Below, in pieces: positions 44,764 to 54,449 of a DNA stretch of 64,000 bases; the stretch's first letter is position 1, and each line of letters starts with the position of its first letter. The DNA comes from Alphaproteobacteria bacterium UBA2964. GTDB taxonomy: Bacteria > Pseudomonadota > Alphaproteobacteria > MPNO01 > UBA2964. The position numbers and the translations under genes were made by a program. Below the pieces are notes generated by a model. The model was given only the letters and a program-made list of their open reading frames with translations, did not search any database and was not told the origin of the DNA. The stretch lies in assembly GCA_905182615.1 (NCBI GenBank), contig CAJJCG010000016.1, positions 114,250 to 178,249 on the forward strand. The letters are read 5' to 3'.

Positions 44764-46056
44764 ATGTCCACAGATATATTGAATGAGCTCCCGGCTACCG
44801 AAATTGTTGAAAAAATTGGCAATGGCTCGATTACCGCCGAAGCGGTAACCCAAGCCTGTCTCGACCGCATCGCGGTACGGGAGGACACCGTCAAAGCCTG
44901 GGCCTATATTGACCCAGATTATGCCCTGGCACAGGCGCGTATTCTCGATGACACGGAGGTAAAAGGTCCGCTGCACGGTCTGCCGATTGGGGTGAAGGAC
45001 GTTATCGACACGTCCGACATGCCGACCCAAATGCAATCACCTGCCTATGAGGATCATCAGCCTAAAACCGATGCGGCCTGTGTCGCAATGCTGCGGGCTG
45101 CGGGGGCGGTTATCCTCGGCAAAACCGTGACCTGCGAATTTGCCGGTTCTTTCCCGGGACCGACAACCAATCCTCAGAACCCGGCCCATACGCCAGGTGG
45201 TTCCTCCAGTGGCTCAGGCGCGGCGGTTGCCGACTTTATGGTGCATGGCGCTTTCGGCACGCAAACCGGAGGGTCGGTCCTCCGCCCGGCGAGCTTCTGC
45301 GGAACGGTCGGCTACAAACCAACTTATAATCTAATTAACCGCTCCGGCTTGATGTTCGCTGCAGAGAATCTCGACACAATCGGGCTACTAACCCGGACAG
45401 TCGATGATGCCGACCTACTCATGAGTGTCCTGCTTAACCGCCCACGCTCAAAAGTCATCCCAAACGATGCCAATCCCAAGATCGGGCTGTGCCGCACACA
45501 TCATTGGAATTCCGCCTTGCCCGAGACTATTGCCGCTATGGATGACAGCGTCGTGAGACTGACAGCGGCAGGGGCCGAGATTGTCGACATTACCCTGCCC
45601 GACTCCTTTGCCGATTTGAGCCCCGCACGCAATGTCCTCAACGATTTTGAACGCAGCCGCGTGATGGCTGATCTGTGGCAAAACGAGCGCGACCAGCTTA
45701 GCGACAACATTGCCAAGCAACTCGGAAATGGCACACCGATGGATTTTGCGACATATCGCGACGCAGTCGTCCTTGCTAATGACAGTCGCATGCAGCTCGA
45801 TGATGTGTTTGGCGACGTTGATTTCATCCTTGCACCATCGGCAACCGGGGAAGCCCCTATCGGGCTCGACTATACCGGCAATCCGCAATTTCAAGGCTGC
45901 TGGACCATCCTGCATGTTCCAACGATTTCCCTGCCAACCCATACTGGTCCCACGGGATTACCCGTGGGCATCCAGCTAGTCGGCCGCCGTTGGCAGGACG
46001 AAACCATGCTCAGCTGGTCGCGCTGGGTAATGGATAAATTGGGAACAGCGCGCTAG
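44764..46056 (+). CDS. Amidase-signature family amidase (paralog 2)
   Basis: GLPIGVKD, TPGGSSSGSGAAVAD and GGSVLRPASFCG are present. Confidence 0.9.
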   Translation: MSTDILNELPATEIVEKIGNGSITAEAVTQACLDRIAVREDTVKAWAYIDPDYALAQARILDDTEVKGPLHGLPIGVKDVIDTSDMPTQMQSPAYEDHQPKTDAACVAMLRAAGAVILGKTVTCEFAGSFPGPTTNPQNPAHTPGGSSSGSGAAVADFMVHGAFGTQTGGSVLRPASFCGTVGYKPTYNLINRSGLMFAAENLDTIGLLTRTVDDADLLMSVLLNRPRSKVIPNDANPKIGLCRTHHWNSALPETIAAMDDSVVRLTAAGAEIVDITLPDSFADLSPARNVLNDFERSRVMADLWQNERDQLSDNIAKQLGNGTPMDFATYRDAVVLANDSRMQLDDVFGDVDFILAPSATGEAPIGLDYTGNPQFQGCWTILHVPTISLPTHTGPTGLPVGIQLVGRRWQDETMLSWSRWVMDKLGTAR

Positions 46057-46072
46057 CGCTAGCGTCTTGGAG

Positions 46073-46942
46073 TTAAGCAGAAACTGATGGAGCGGCGATC
46101 AAACGATCGCCCTCGACCTTGCCGCGTTTGAGAAGACGGCGCTCGTTGGCCGGAAAATCCCGCCGCGCATGCACCGAGCATCGATTATCCCAGATGACGA
46201 AATCACCAAGCCGCCATTCATGTTCGTAATCAGTACGTTCGATATAGGGAAATAGCTGCGCCAATAGCGCATCGCTTTCAGCTTCGCTGCAGCCATCTAT
46301 CGCTGCCGTCATCAACCGATCGAGGTAGAGCGCTTTACGCCCGGTGATTGGATGCTGCACCACGGCGGGCTGCCAGCAATGCGGTACACCTTTAAGGTCA
46401 TCGCGCGCCGGTTTCTCCCGGATCGTATAGTCGTAAACCTGCAGAACCTTGCGGCCTTCGATCTCTCGTTTTAGATCCTCTGGCAAAGCGTTATAGGATT
46501 CGTAACAATTCCCAAACAAGGTGTTACCACCGGATGACGGCAGTTCTACCGCATAGAGCCAGGTCGCTTTATCCGGCGCTTCGGTGAACGAATTATCGTG
46601 GTGAAACCACATCTCCCCGTCACCAAGCGCACCGATGGGTTTACCCGCCTGATCGAGAATGTTTGAGACCTTTTGTATCTCAACATCATCATCACCACGG
46701 CGTTCTGTCGGCATGGAAATCTGTGAGGTTTCGCCAAGCCAGGCGGCGCTGCTTTTAAGCTGTTGATTATCCATGTCCTGATCACGAAACAGCAGCAGCA
46801 CATATTGATGCCAGGCGGCAGAAAGCTGAGCCGCCATTTCGGTACCAACCGGTTGGCTAAGATCGACACCGCGGATCTCCGCCGCCATCGTCGCACTGCA
46901 AGGAATGATTTCTACGCCCATCCCCATACGGTAATGCGACAA
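46073..46942 (-). CDS. TauD/TfdA-family Fe(II)/2-oxoglutarate dioxygenase (paralog 1)
   Basis: MAAEIRGVDLSQP, WHHDNSF (HxD) and VIWDNRCSVHARRDF are present. The exact start among several N-terminal Mets is uncertain. Confidence 0.85.
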   Translation of the reverse strand: MSHYRMGMGVEIIPCSATMAAEIRGVDLSQPVGTEMAAQLSAAWHQYVLLLFRDQDMDNQQLKSSAAWLGETSQISMPTERRGDDDVEIQKVSNILDQAGKPIGALGDGEMWFHHDNSFTEAPDKATWLYAVELPSSGGNTLFGNCYESYNALPEDLKREIEGRKVLQVYDYTIREKPARDDLKGVPHCWQPAVVQHPITGRKALYLDRLMTAAIDGCSEAESDALLAQLFPYIERTDYEHEWRLGDFVIWDNRCSVHARRDFPANERRLLKRGKVEGDRLIAAPSVSA

Positions 46943-47023
46943 GGGAAAAGCTGCAACGCGGTCTTGCGGGGTGGTTTAGGCAATGTCATTCTGCATCGGA
47001 AAACAGCCATAAAAGAGCCTGAA

Positions 47024-47929
47024 ATGGAACTCAAACAACACGGTCGCTACGACTACTCGCCGATCACCGAACGCCCCGATTATGACTGGCCCGATGGTAA
47101 ACGGCTGGCCTTTTACATCGGTATGAATATTGAACATTTCAGCTTTGGCGAAGGGTTGGGCCACACCCCTACTAATCCCGGCGTTCAGCCTGACGTCCGC
47201 AATTTTGCCTGGCGCGATTATGGTCTTCGCGTCGGTATCTGGCGGGTTTTTGAGTTGCTGGAAGAGCTTGGACTGCCAGCCTGTCACCTGATGAATACAT
47301 CTATCTATGATTATGCGCCGCAAATCCCGGCCCGCATTCGCGAACGCGGCGATGAGTTTGTGGGGCACGGCATTACCAACTCAGAACAGCAGGGAGATTA
47401 CCCTGAAGACGAAGAGCGCGCCTTAATTAACGACGCTACGGAAGCGTTTAAGAAATATGAAGGCTGTGGCCCGGGCGGCTGGATGGGACCGTGGATTTCT
47501 GAAAGCGATTATACACCGGACCTCCTCGAAGAGGCCGGCTACCGTTTCATCATGGATTGGTCTTGCGATGATCAACCGACCTGGATGCGGACCCGCAACG
47601 GCCGGCTGTTGATGATCCCCTATCATATTGAGATCAATGACTCCCCTGCCCAACTATCACGCCGTCATACAGCCAGCCAGTTTACCGAGATAGTTTGCGG
47701 ACATTTCGATGAGCAGATGCGGCAAAGCCAGAAACAACCACTGGTCTTCTCCCTCGCCCTGCACACATTCGTAGTTGGGCAACCCTATCGTCTCGCAGGG
47801 TTACGGAACATCCTGACCCATATCGTCAATCACACGGATGCCGACAGAATCTGGTTTACCAAACCAGGGGAAATCTATGGTCACGTCGCTGCCCTGCCGC
47901 CCGGCACCGTGCCAGGCGACGGCAGCTAA
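47024..47929 (+). CDS. Polysaccharide-deacetylase-fold hydrolase (PuuE-allantoinase-like)
   Basis: RPDYDWPDGKRLAFYIGMNIEHF, WRDYGLRVGIWRVFELLEE and FVGHGITN are present. The start is the internal ATG at 47024; the tracked 46763 start is antisense to the TauD gene. Confidence 0.75.
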   Translation: MELKQHGRYDYSPITERPDYDWPDGKRLAFYIGMNIEHFSFGEGLGHTPTNPGVQPDVRNFAWRDYGLRVGIWRVFELLEELGLPACHLMNTSIYDYAPQIPARIRERGDEFVGHGITNSEQQGDYPEDEERALINDATEAFKKYEGCGPGGWMGPWISESDYTPDLLEEAGYRFIMDWSCDDQPTWMRTRNGRLLMIPYHIEINDSPAQLSRRHTASQFTEIVCGHFDEQMRQSQKQPLVFSLALHTFVVGQPYRLAGLRNILTHIVNHTDADRIWFTKPGEIYGHVAALPPGTVPGDGS

Positions 47930-47938
47930 CCAATCGGA

Positions 47939-48886
47939 TCAAACACCGTGTGAGGCGGCGACCAACGGGTCCCATTCGATATCGTCATCGCGGACCGCAC
48001 CGATCAACTCGGAGATTTCTTTGATACCGCGTTCATCACACCATTCTTCGAGATCATCAATAATGGTGGTTAGCGCCGTTGGGTTACGGAAACCGGCATA
48101 GCCGATCCCGACACCGGAAGCACCGGCGAGCATATATTCAACGACATCTTCCGCCTTGGTCACACCGCCGATGCCGATAACCGGGATCGAGCATTCCTGA
48201 GCGACCTGATAGACCATCCGCATCACAATCGGTTTGAGCGCAGGCGATACCAGCCCACCAAATTTATTACCCAATGCCGGGCGGAAATTGTCGGTCCTGA
48301 TTTTCAGGCTCAAGAAGGTGTTGCACAGCACCACCGCATCGGCACCGGCTTCTTCCGCCGCGACGGCGATTGAGACGATATCTCCAGCATTTGGCGACAG
48401 CTTCGCCCAGACCGGTTTATCAGTTGCCGCACGAATGCCATCCATCACTAATTTAGTGTGTTCGGAATGCATCGCGAAGTTGCCACCGCTCGGCGCTTTG
48501 GTCGGGCAGGAAATATTGACTTCGATCACATCAACGCCATCAACCGAGAGGTCACGAGTCATCGCCGCAAAATCCTCAGCCGTATCAGCGGAAACACTGA
48601 CGATCAGCGGCGGTTCCCATTTGTTATATTCAGGAACAATATTTTCGAGAAAATAATCGATGCCTTTTCCGGGCAGTCCGATCGACTGGATGATGCCAGC
48701 TTCGGTTTCCGCCATGCGCGGTGTTGGATTGCCAAGACGCGGCTCGCGGCAAATGGTTTTGGCGACCAGTCCACCGAGCCGATTGAGGTCAATGACATCG
48801 CCGTATTCCCACGAAAATGCGCCCGACGCCGGCATGATTGGGTTCTGAAGGGTGATATCCCCTATTTTTACGGAAAGATCTACCAT
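47939..48886 (-). CDS. Dihydroorotate-dehydrogenase-fold (class 1B PyrD-like) flavoenzyme
   Basis: LQNPIMPASGAF, QSIGLPGKG, IEVNISCPT, and the GIGGV / GIGYAGF pattern are present. The ATG at 48886 overlaps the upstream TAG (ATGGTAG). Confidence 0.85.
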   Translation of the reverse strand: MVDLSVKIGDITLQNPIMPASGAFSWEYGDVIDLNRLGGLVAKTICREPRLGNPTPRMAETEAGIIQSIGLPGKGIDYFLENIVPEYNKWEPPLIVSVSADTAEDFAAMTRDLSVDGVDVIEVNISCPTKAPSGGNFAMHSEHTKLVMDGIRAATDKPVWAKLSPNAGDIVSIAVAAEEAGADAVVLCNTFLSLKIRTDNFRPALGNKFGGLVSPALKPIVMRMVYQVAQECSIPVIGIGGVTKAEDVVEYMLAGASGVGIGYAGFRNPTALTTIIDDLEEWCDERGIKEISELIGAVRDDDIEWDPLVAASHGV

Positions 48887-49752
48887 CCGACGGCCTCCTG
48901 CATATTGAAACACGGTCCATCGCGACACACCCGGCGCAGCGTCTTTTCGCCATCGACTTCGAATGTCCGCATACAAATGTAACAAGCGCCCAGCGCACAG
49001 CACATGTTTTGTTCCATCGCCACCTGACCAGCGACATCATGTGATTTGCCGAGACGCTTCATCAGGGTCAGCAGCCGGTTCGATCCACAGGTAAAGAAGG
49101 CGTCCGCCTTACCGTCCGCGATCAGGCCTTCGAGGATCTTCTCGACATTATCGACATTGCTGCTGTCATCGGTATCGACAACTTCAATCACGTTGGCGCC
49201 AAGCCCTTCAAACAGGTCGCGCGACATGACAACTTCCGGGTTCCGCGCACTTAGGATCGCGGTGACGCCGACATTGTGTTCTGCCGCCAATTGAGACAGT
49301 GGGGCGAGCGTCGCCAAGCCAACACCGCGACCAAGCACGACAATGTTCTTCCAGCCTTCCTCCAGCCAGAAGCCTACGCCGAGCGGTCCAACGATATTGA
49401 ATTCATCGTCCGGTTCGAGCATCGCCATGCCCTGAGTGCCACGACCCTCTTTCTTATAAAGAAACTCGAGACGTTTATTCTCGCTATCGACCCGATATAT
49501 ACTCATCGGCCGGCGCATCCAAACTTCGGCGCCATCCGGCGTCGGGCACAGAAGATGAAAGAACTGCCCGGCCTTAGCGGTAAGGGCACGATCCGGCACA
49601 TCGACCACCATCTTAAGGTACTCGTCATTGACGTAATCATTCGACACGACAATCGAAATAAACTCTCCGGCGGGTTTATCCGGATGAGGGTCAACCTCTC
49701 CAATACGGATAGGCTTGGCGGAGTATTTATCCTCCGGCGTCAGATCAGTCAT
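48880..49752 (-). CDS. PyrK-like FAD/NAD(P)-binding electron-transfer subunit with a C-terminal 2Fe-2S cluster
   Basis: RRPMSIY (FAD-binding RxxS), GRGVGLATLAPL, and the C-terminal cluster motif MCCALGACYIC...VCRDGPCF are present. Confidence 0.85.
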   Translation of the reverse strand: MTDLTPEDKYSAKPIRIGEVDPHPDKPAGEFISIVVSNDYVNDEYLKMVVDVPDRALTAKAGQFFHLLCPTPDGAEVWMRRPMSIYRVDSENKRLEFLYKKEGRGTQGMAMLEPDDEFNIVGPLGVGFWLEEGWKNIVVLGRGVGLATLAPLSQLAAEHNVGVTAILSARNPEVVMSRDLFEGLGANVIEVVDTDDSSNVDNVEKILEGLIADGKADAFFTCGSNRLLTLMKRLGKSHDVAGQVAMEQNMCCALGACYICMRTFEVDGEKTLRRVCRDGPCFNMQEAVGW

Positions 49753-49849
49753 GACTTATTGGCCCTTATTGCTTCTCTCTTGATCGCGTTTATAGCACTT
49801 AATTGTAACAAAATAAAGACATGTTCCATTTTTGGCACAGCCTTTATCG

Positions 49850-51193
49850 CTATCGCGTTCCGAACAGCATGGTGATGTTAATCCGGTGATTTTCATAACC
49901 AGCCGCGAAGTTTGGCGCATCAGTACCGTGAAACAAGCGGGAATCAAACAAAACTGCCCGGTTCTCACCATAAGGGATAGCGATCTTCTGATCTCTCTGC
50001 CCCTCCAGGTACGTCTTGATCGCAGCTTTATCCTGATCGTAATCCGTTACCGCCCAGTCATCGAGTGGCAGCACGGTGTAAATCTCCAGACCACCCTGCT
50101 TTGACGCGAGATTGGCACTGTCAGGCGTGACCCAAAAATTAAGACTGACCGCAGCATCGTCAGCATGGACATCAATAGGTATGTCGCCCACCAAACCTTT
50201 AAAGGCCCAAGCCTGAGTCAGCGGATGATCACCAAGAATCTGTGGAAACTTTTTCTTAACGTCTTCGGCGATCTGCAACAGAAGAGGACAGGCCAAACCA
50301 TCTTCGAGATAGGCCGCCAAAAACCCAGTGATATGAGAAAAATCGAACCAGACGGTGCTGCACAGCAGATAACGTTGCAAACGCGCCAAGGCCTCAACTG
50401 TTAGAAAGTCATCAAACGATGCGATTCTAGGGGTCCCGGTTTGAAAGGCCTTTGAAATTTCATCCACTGCCAATTGCGAGTTTACGGTGCCGGAAGGAAG
50501 CTCCGCCGCATCGGCAATGAAATTTGGATAGTTATAACTCTCACCGAACAAAGTGAGTTGCTCAGAAGATAACTCCACGACGGCGTTATCATCGTTGGGC
50601 CAGTCAATCCGCTTCATCGCGAATTCATACGCCCGCGCCAATGAGTCTACTCGTTCAGTGTCGCGTTTCTGAGTCGCGAGATAACGGAACTGATCAATAT
50701 CGTGAAGCAGCTTTGCCCGTGTTGTCGATGCCAGCGACGGATCCAAATTGCCTGCCCGGTTTTCGCCGCGCCGCAAATCCATCGTACGAGCGAAGAAATC
50801 CATCGCCCGGTCACGCTTTCCAAGCCGAAGCCATAACTTTCCCAAGGCCAGTTGTGCGCCGTAGTGTTCAGGATTGATGACAATGACCTCCGCATAGGCT
50901 TCCGCAGCTTCTTCATACCGCCCAGCCTGTTGCAAAGCTTTGGCCCCACTCCACAGCGCCGGCTCATAGTCAGGATCAACAGCGCTTGCCTTTTGGAATT
51001 CAACAATCGCTTCGTCAACTCGACCTGAACTAGCAAGTAGGACACCGAGATTATGCAACACCGCCGGATAATCGGGTCGTTCGGCGAGCACTGCCCGATA
51101 GGCTATTTCCGCCTCCTCCAACTTGCCCTCGCTGTGATAGCCAACGCCTTGTGCTGCACGTTCAATGATATCGCTCGACATGATAGAGATCAC
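49850..51193 (-). CDS. TPR-repeat protein fused to a 2OG/Fe(II)-oxygenase-like domain
   Basis: The N-terminus has TPRs (GKLEEAEIAYRAVLAERPDYPAVLHNLG...). The C-terminus has DVHADD (HxD), LFHGT and HRINITMLF. The GTG at 51193 overlaps the XRE stop; an alternative ATG is at 51181. Confidence 0.7.
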   Translation of the reverse strand: MISIMSSDIIERAAQGVGYHSEGKLEEAEIAYRAVLAERPDYPAVLHNLGVLLASSGRVDEAIVEFQKASAVDPDYEPALWSGAKALQQAGRYEEAAEAYAEVIVINPEHYGAQLALGKLWLRLGKRDRAMDFFARTMDLRRGENRAGNLDPSLASTTRAKLLHDIDQFRYLATQKRDTERVDSLARAYEFAMKRIDWPNDDNAVVELSSEQLTLFGESYNYPNFIADAAELPSGTVNSQLAVDEISKAFQTGTPRIASFDDFLTVEALARLQRYLLCSTVWFDFSHITGFLAAYLEDGLACPLLLQIAEDVKKKFPQILGDHPLTQAWAFKGLVGDIPIDVHADDAAVSLNFWVTPDSANLASKQGGLEIYTVLPLDDWAVTDYDQDKAAIKTYLEGQRDQKIAIPYGENRAVLFDSRLFHGTDAPNFAAGYENHRINITMLFGTR

Positions 51194-52074
51194 CCCGGCT
51201 GGCGCGCGATAAGCTGGCGCATGAATTTTGCTGCCTCAGCACCGCGCAGGGCCCGCCGCCAAAGATCCTGCACTGTGCGTTCGTGCAACTCGAGTGCCTC
51301 AGGTGCAGCGGTAATCATCGCGATCCCGCCATGCACGTTGGGTTGTTCGCCGAGGCGGAATGGACTCATGGCTAACACTTTGCGATCAGCCTGACGAAAA
51401 ATCTGAAAACTAGTATGTGGCAAAGTACCGGGCACGATGCCGATCTGAACGGCAATCGGCTCGTCCTCCATCATGGCGACGAGATGCTCTGCCTCTGCTC
51501 GCGCCCGCGCCCGGCGTTCGCACATCACATTTTCGGGCAGGTCGAGCCGCCCGACGAGACCGTTCTGCAGAAACCGTTCGATCTCCGCGCCTGAAATCAA
51601 ATTCAAGATTCCTGGCTGCCGTTCAAGATACGTCTCTTTGCGTTGCTTCAAGATCGGCAGGAGCCCGTGAACCTGTTCTTCTGCCCTATCGCGATCAATT
51701 TCTTCCGCCGGAATACTTTCGATCAAACATTGTTCGAGGGTCTGATCAAAAACATCGGAGGCCAGCAGGAAAGAAACTGGACCGGCCAATACGACGATAT
51801 GCTCTGTAGTTTCTTCGATTTGCCGAAGGCGTTCAAAGAATGCGACCGCCGATGGGATATACTCAACACCGACACCGAGCAAGGTGGGTACCGATACATC
51901 TAGCAAATCGGCCAGTTTCTCCAGTGTCTCGATCTTGGCGACATCGCCTTTTTCAAATCGATAAAGCGCGGTCCGTGAAATACCGATACGCGTGGCGATC
52001 TCATCAGCACTTAGCCCGGAGGCAAGCCGGAAGGCCTTGAGCCGGTCACCAATATCGTCAAATCGGATCGTCAA
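51190..52074 (-). CDS. XRE-family HTH regulator with a ~220-aa C-terminal domain (DUF5753-like by eye)
   Basis: The HTH is LSADEIATRIGISRTALYRFEKG. The TTG start overlaps the upstream TGA (TTGA at 52071-52074). No in-frame ATG precedes the HTH. Confidence 0.8.
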   Translation of the reverse strand: MTIRFDDIGDRLKAFRLASGLSADEIATRIGISRTALYRFEKGDVAKIETLEKLADLLDVSVPTLLGVGVEYIPSAVAFFERLRQIEETTEHIVVLAGPVSFLLASDVFDQTLEQCLIESIPAEEIDRDRAEEQVHGLLPILKQRKETYLERQPGILNLISGAEIERFLQNGLVGRLDLPENVMCERRARARAEAEHLVAMMEDEPIAVQIGIVPGTLPHTSFQIFRQADRKVLAMSPFRLGEQPNVHGGIAMITAAPEALELHERTVQDLWRRALRGAEAAKFMRQLIARQPG

Positions 52075-54413
52075 GCAGCACCCGAGTTTTTAGCTCCGGC
52101 AATCGCCTCAATAATTTCAGACGGCATGAGAGGCGCCCGCGTCAGATGAACATCGAAAGGCTTCAAGGCATCTTCAACCGCAGAAATAATCGCCGACGGT
52201 GCCGGCACGACGCCACATTCTCCAACGCCCTTCACACCGAGCGGGTTTAAGGGCGACGGCGATTCATGATGGATGATATCAATATTGGGCATCTCGGTTG
52301 ACGAGATCAGCAGATACTCAGCAAAATTCGTGGTTACCGGATTGGCATCAGCGTCATACCCCATCCATTCGTACAAGGTATTGCCGATACCATGCGCGGT
52401 GCCGCCCTGAACCTGACCGTCGACAATCATCGGATTGATAATCGTGCCGCTGTCATGCGAGATCACATAGTTCAAGATCTTCACCCCACCGGTCTCAATA
52501 TCGACCTCGACTTCGACCACCGCAGTACCACAGGCAAAAGCTAAGTTATCGAGAACGACATGCTCGGTTGCTTCCATTCCAGGCTCAATCCCGCCCGGCA
52601 ACGCATAACCGGGCGTCCCGCCGACAGCATGGGCGACCTGTCCTAACGTCACCTTCAGATCAGGTACTCCACGAACATGGATTTCGCCATTCTCGATCTC
52701 GAGATCCTCTTCCGAGGCTTCCAGCATATGCGCCGCGACCTTGAGCGCCTTATCGCGCACTTTCTCGGCCGCGACATGCGCCGACGACCCGGCGACCACG
52801 GCGAGGCGGCTATTCGAAGTTCCGATGCCCAATGAGATCGTTCCAGTATCGCCAGCGGTCACAGTGATATTCTCCATATCGCCGCCAAATTTCTCGCCGA
52901 CGATCTGAGCCATCATCGTATGCGTGCCCTGCCCAATCGCAGTACCACCAGTATAGACATGGATTTTCCCGGACGGCCCTATCCGAACGGTAACTGATTC
53001 AAAAGGCCCACGACCGGTACCTTTTACGTAGTTGGCGAGACCGATGCCGATATAGCGACCCTCAGCGCGGGCCTGTTTCTGACGCGCGCGGAAACCAGCC
53101 CAATCGGCTTTGTCCAAAGCGCTCTGCTGACACACCGGGTAGTCACCCGAGTCCAGCACCACCGGCATGCCGCCACGTGTTTTGAGCGGTTTTTCGTAAG
53201 GCATTTTATCGCCGGGGATCAGATTTCGGCGGCGCACCTCATCGCGTTCGATGCCCAGCTCTGATGCGACACGATCCATCAACCGTTCCATGACGAACAC
53301 ACCCTGTGGGTGACCAGCGCCGCGCACCGGCGTTACCGGTACCTTATTGGTCAGCGCCAGCCGGACATGGGTACTGAACGCAGGGACTTCATAAGGTAAA
53401 GGAATGGTTTCCGCCGCGTTATACGGCAAATTCACACCACGCGCGGTAAACGCGCCATGGTCATGAATAACGGCGCTTTTAATGCCAAGGATTAGGCCTT
53501 CTTCATCCACAGCAATTTCTGCTTCCCAGTATTGGTCGCGTTCCTGGGTCGTCGTGATGAAATGCTCGCGACGGTCTTCCGCCCATTTGATCGGGCTATT
53601 GATCATCCGGGTGGCGAGCGTCAGCACAATGTCTTCTTGATAAACCACCAGCTTGGGGCCAAACCCGCCACCAACATCGGGGGTAATTACCCGTATCTGG
53701 TTTTCATTATGGCCGGTCATGTCGGTGAAAGTCGTTCGCAGAGAATGCGGCATTTGAGTCGAGCTCCACAGCGTCACCTGGTCAGCAAACTCGTCAAACG
53801 ACGCAACACAGCCTCGACATTCGATAGAATGCGACCCCCCGCGATGAATCCAAAGCGATTCCGAAAAAGTATGAGCCGCATTGGCAAAGGCGCCAGCGAC
53901 GTCGCCATAATCCATGTTGAATTCAGCGAGGAGATTATGTTCGGCATCCCGATGCGCAACAGGAGCGCCCGGCGCCATCGCATCGCGACAATCGGCAGAC
54001 GCGGGCAACGGGTCATAATCAACATCGACCAATGTCGCAGCATCTTCAGCAATATATCTGTTGTCAGCAATTACGACGGCGACTGGCTCACCGACATAAG
54101 TCACTTCATCATAGGCAAGTGCCGGACGATCCCGGTTCTGCTTGTAAGATGCGCTCGGCATGCCAACGACCAACCGCTCATTGATTAAATGGGGTCGGAT
54201 ATCATCCATCGTGAAGACAGCATGAACACCCGGATGTGCCAGCGCGGCGTCGGTATTAATGCCGTTGATCGCGGCATGAGCGAAGGGGCTGCGGACGAAC
54301 GCTGCCTGCAACATGCCGGGAAGACGGATATCGTCGATAAAGTTGGCTTCCCCCCGTAACAACGTAGGGTCTTCCAGCCGTTTGGCACGGGTTCCAAATA
54401 CTTTCCAAGCCAT
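52071..54413 (-). CDS. Molybdopterin-dependent hydroxylase large subunit (xanthine dehydrogenase / CoxL family), orphan
   Basis: RLEDPTLLRGEANFIDDI, HAAINGINTDAA and VRGAGHPQGVFVMERLMD are present in a 780-aa protein. No adjacent FAD or 2Fe-2S subunit gene is present. Confidence 0.9.
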   Translation of the reverse strand: MAWKVFGTRAKRLEDPTLLRGEANFIDDIRLPGMLQAAFVRSPFAHAAINGINTDAALAHPGVHAVFTMDDIRPHLINERLVVGMPSASYKQNRDRPALAYDEVTYVGEPVAVVIADNRYIAEDAATLVDVDYDPLPASADCRDAMAPGAPVAHRDAEHNLLAEFNMDYGDVAGAFANAAHTFSESLWIHRGGSHSIECRGCVASFDEFADQVTLWSSTQMPHSLRTTFTDMTGHNENQIRVITPDVGGGFGPKLVVYQEDIVLTLATRMINSPIKWAEDRREHFITTTQERDQYWEAEIAVDEEGLILGIKSAVIHDHGAFTARGVNLPYNAAETIPLPYEVPAFSTHVRLALTNKVPVTPVRGAGHPQGVFVMERLMDRVASELGIERDEVRRRNLIPGDKMPYEKPLKTRGGMPVVLDSGDYPVCQQSALDKADWAGFRARQKQARAEGRYIGIGLANYVKGTGRGPFESVTVRIGPSGKIHVYTGGTAIGQGTHTMMAQIVGEKFGGDMENITVTAGDTGTISLGIGTSNSRLAVVAGSSAHVAAEKVRDKALKVAAHMLEASEEDLEIENGEIHVRGVPDLKVTLGQVAHAVGGTPGYALPGGIEPGMEATEHVVLDNLAFACGTAVVEVEVDIETGGVKILNYVISHDSGTIINPMIVDGQVQGGTAHGIGNTLYEWMGYDADANPVTTNFAEYLLISSTEMPNIDIIHHESPSPLNPLGVKGVGECGVVPAPSAIISAVEDALKPFDVHLTRAPLMPSEIIEAIAGAKNSGAA

Positions 54414-54449
54414 GGGTGCAGCGCTTTCCTATATAGAGAATAACAATTG

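Noticed and set aside
46051-46064. 14-nt perfect palindrome CGCTAGCGCTAGCG between the convergent amidase and TauD genes, considered as a terminator
   Set aside because: It would give only a ~5-bp stem with no T-tract, and it overlaps the amidase stop codon. That is too weak to call a terminator.
53532-54188. 218-aa + strand ORF inside the orphan large-subunit gene
   Set aside because: It is antisense to a strongly supported 780-aa Mo-hydroxylase subunit and has no recognisable motif.
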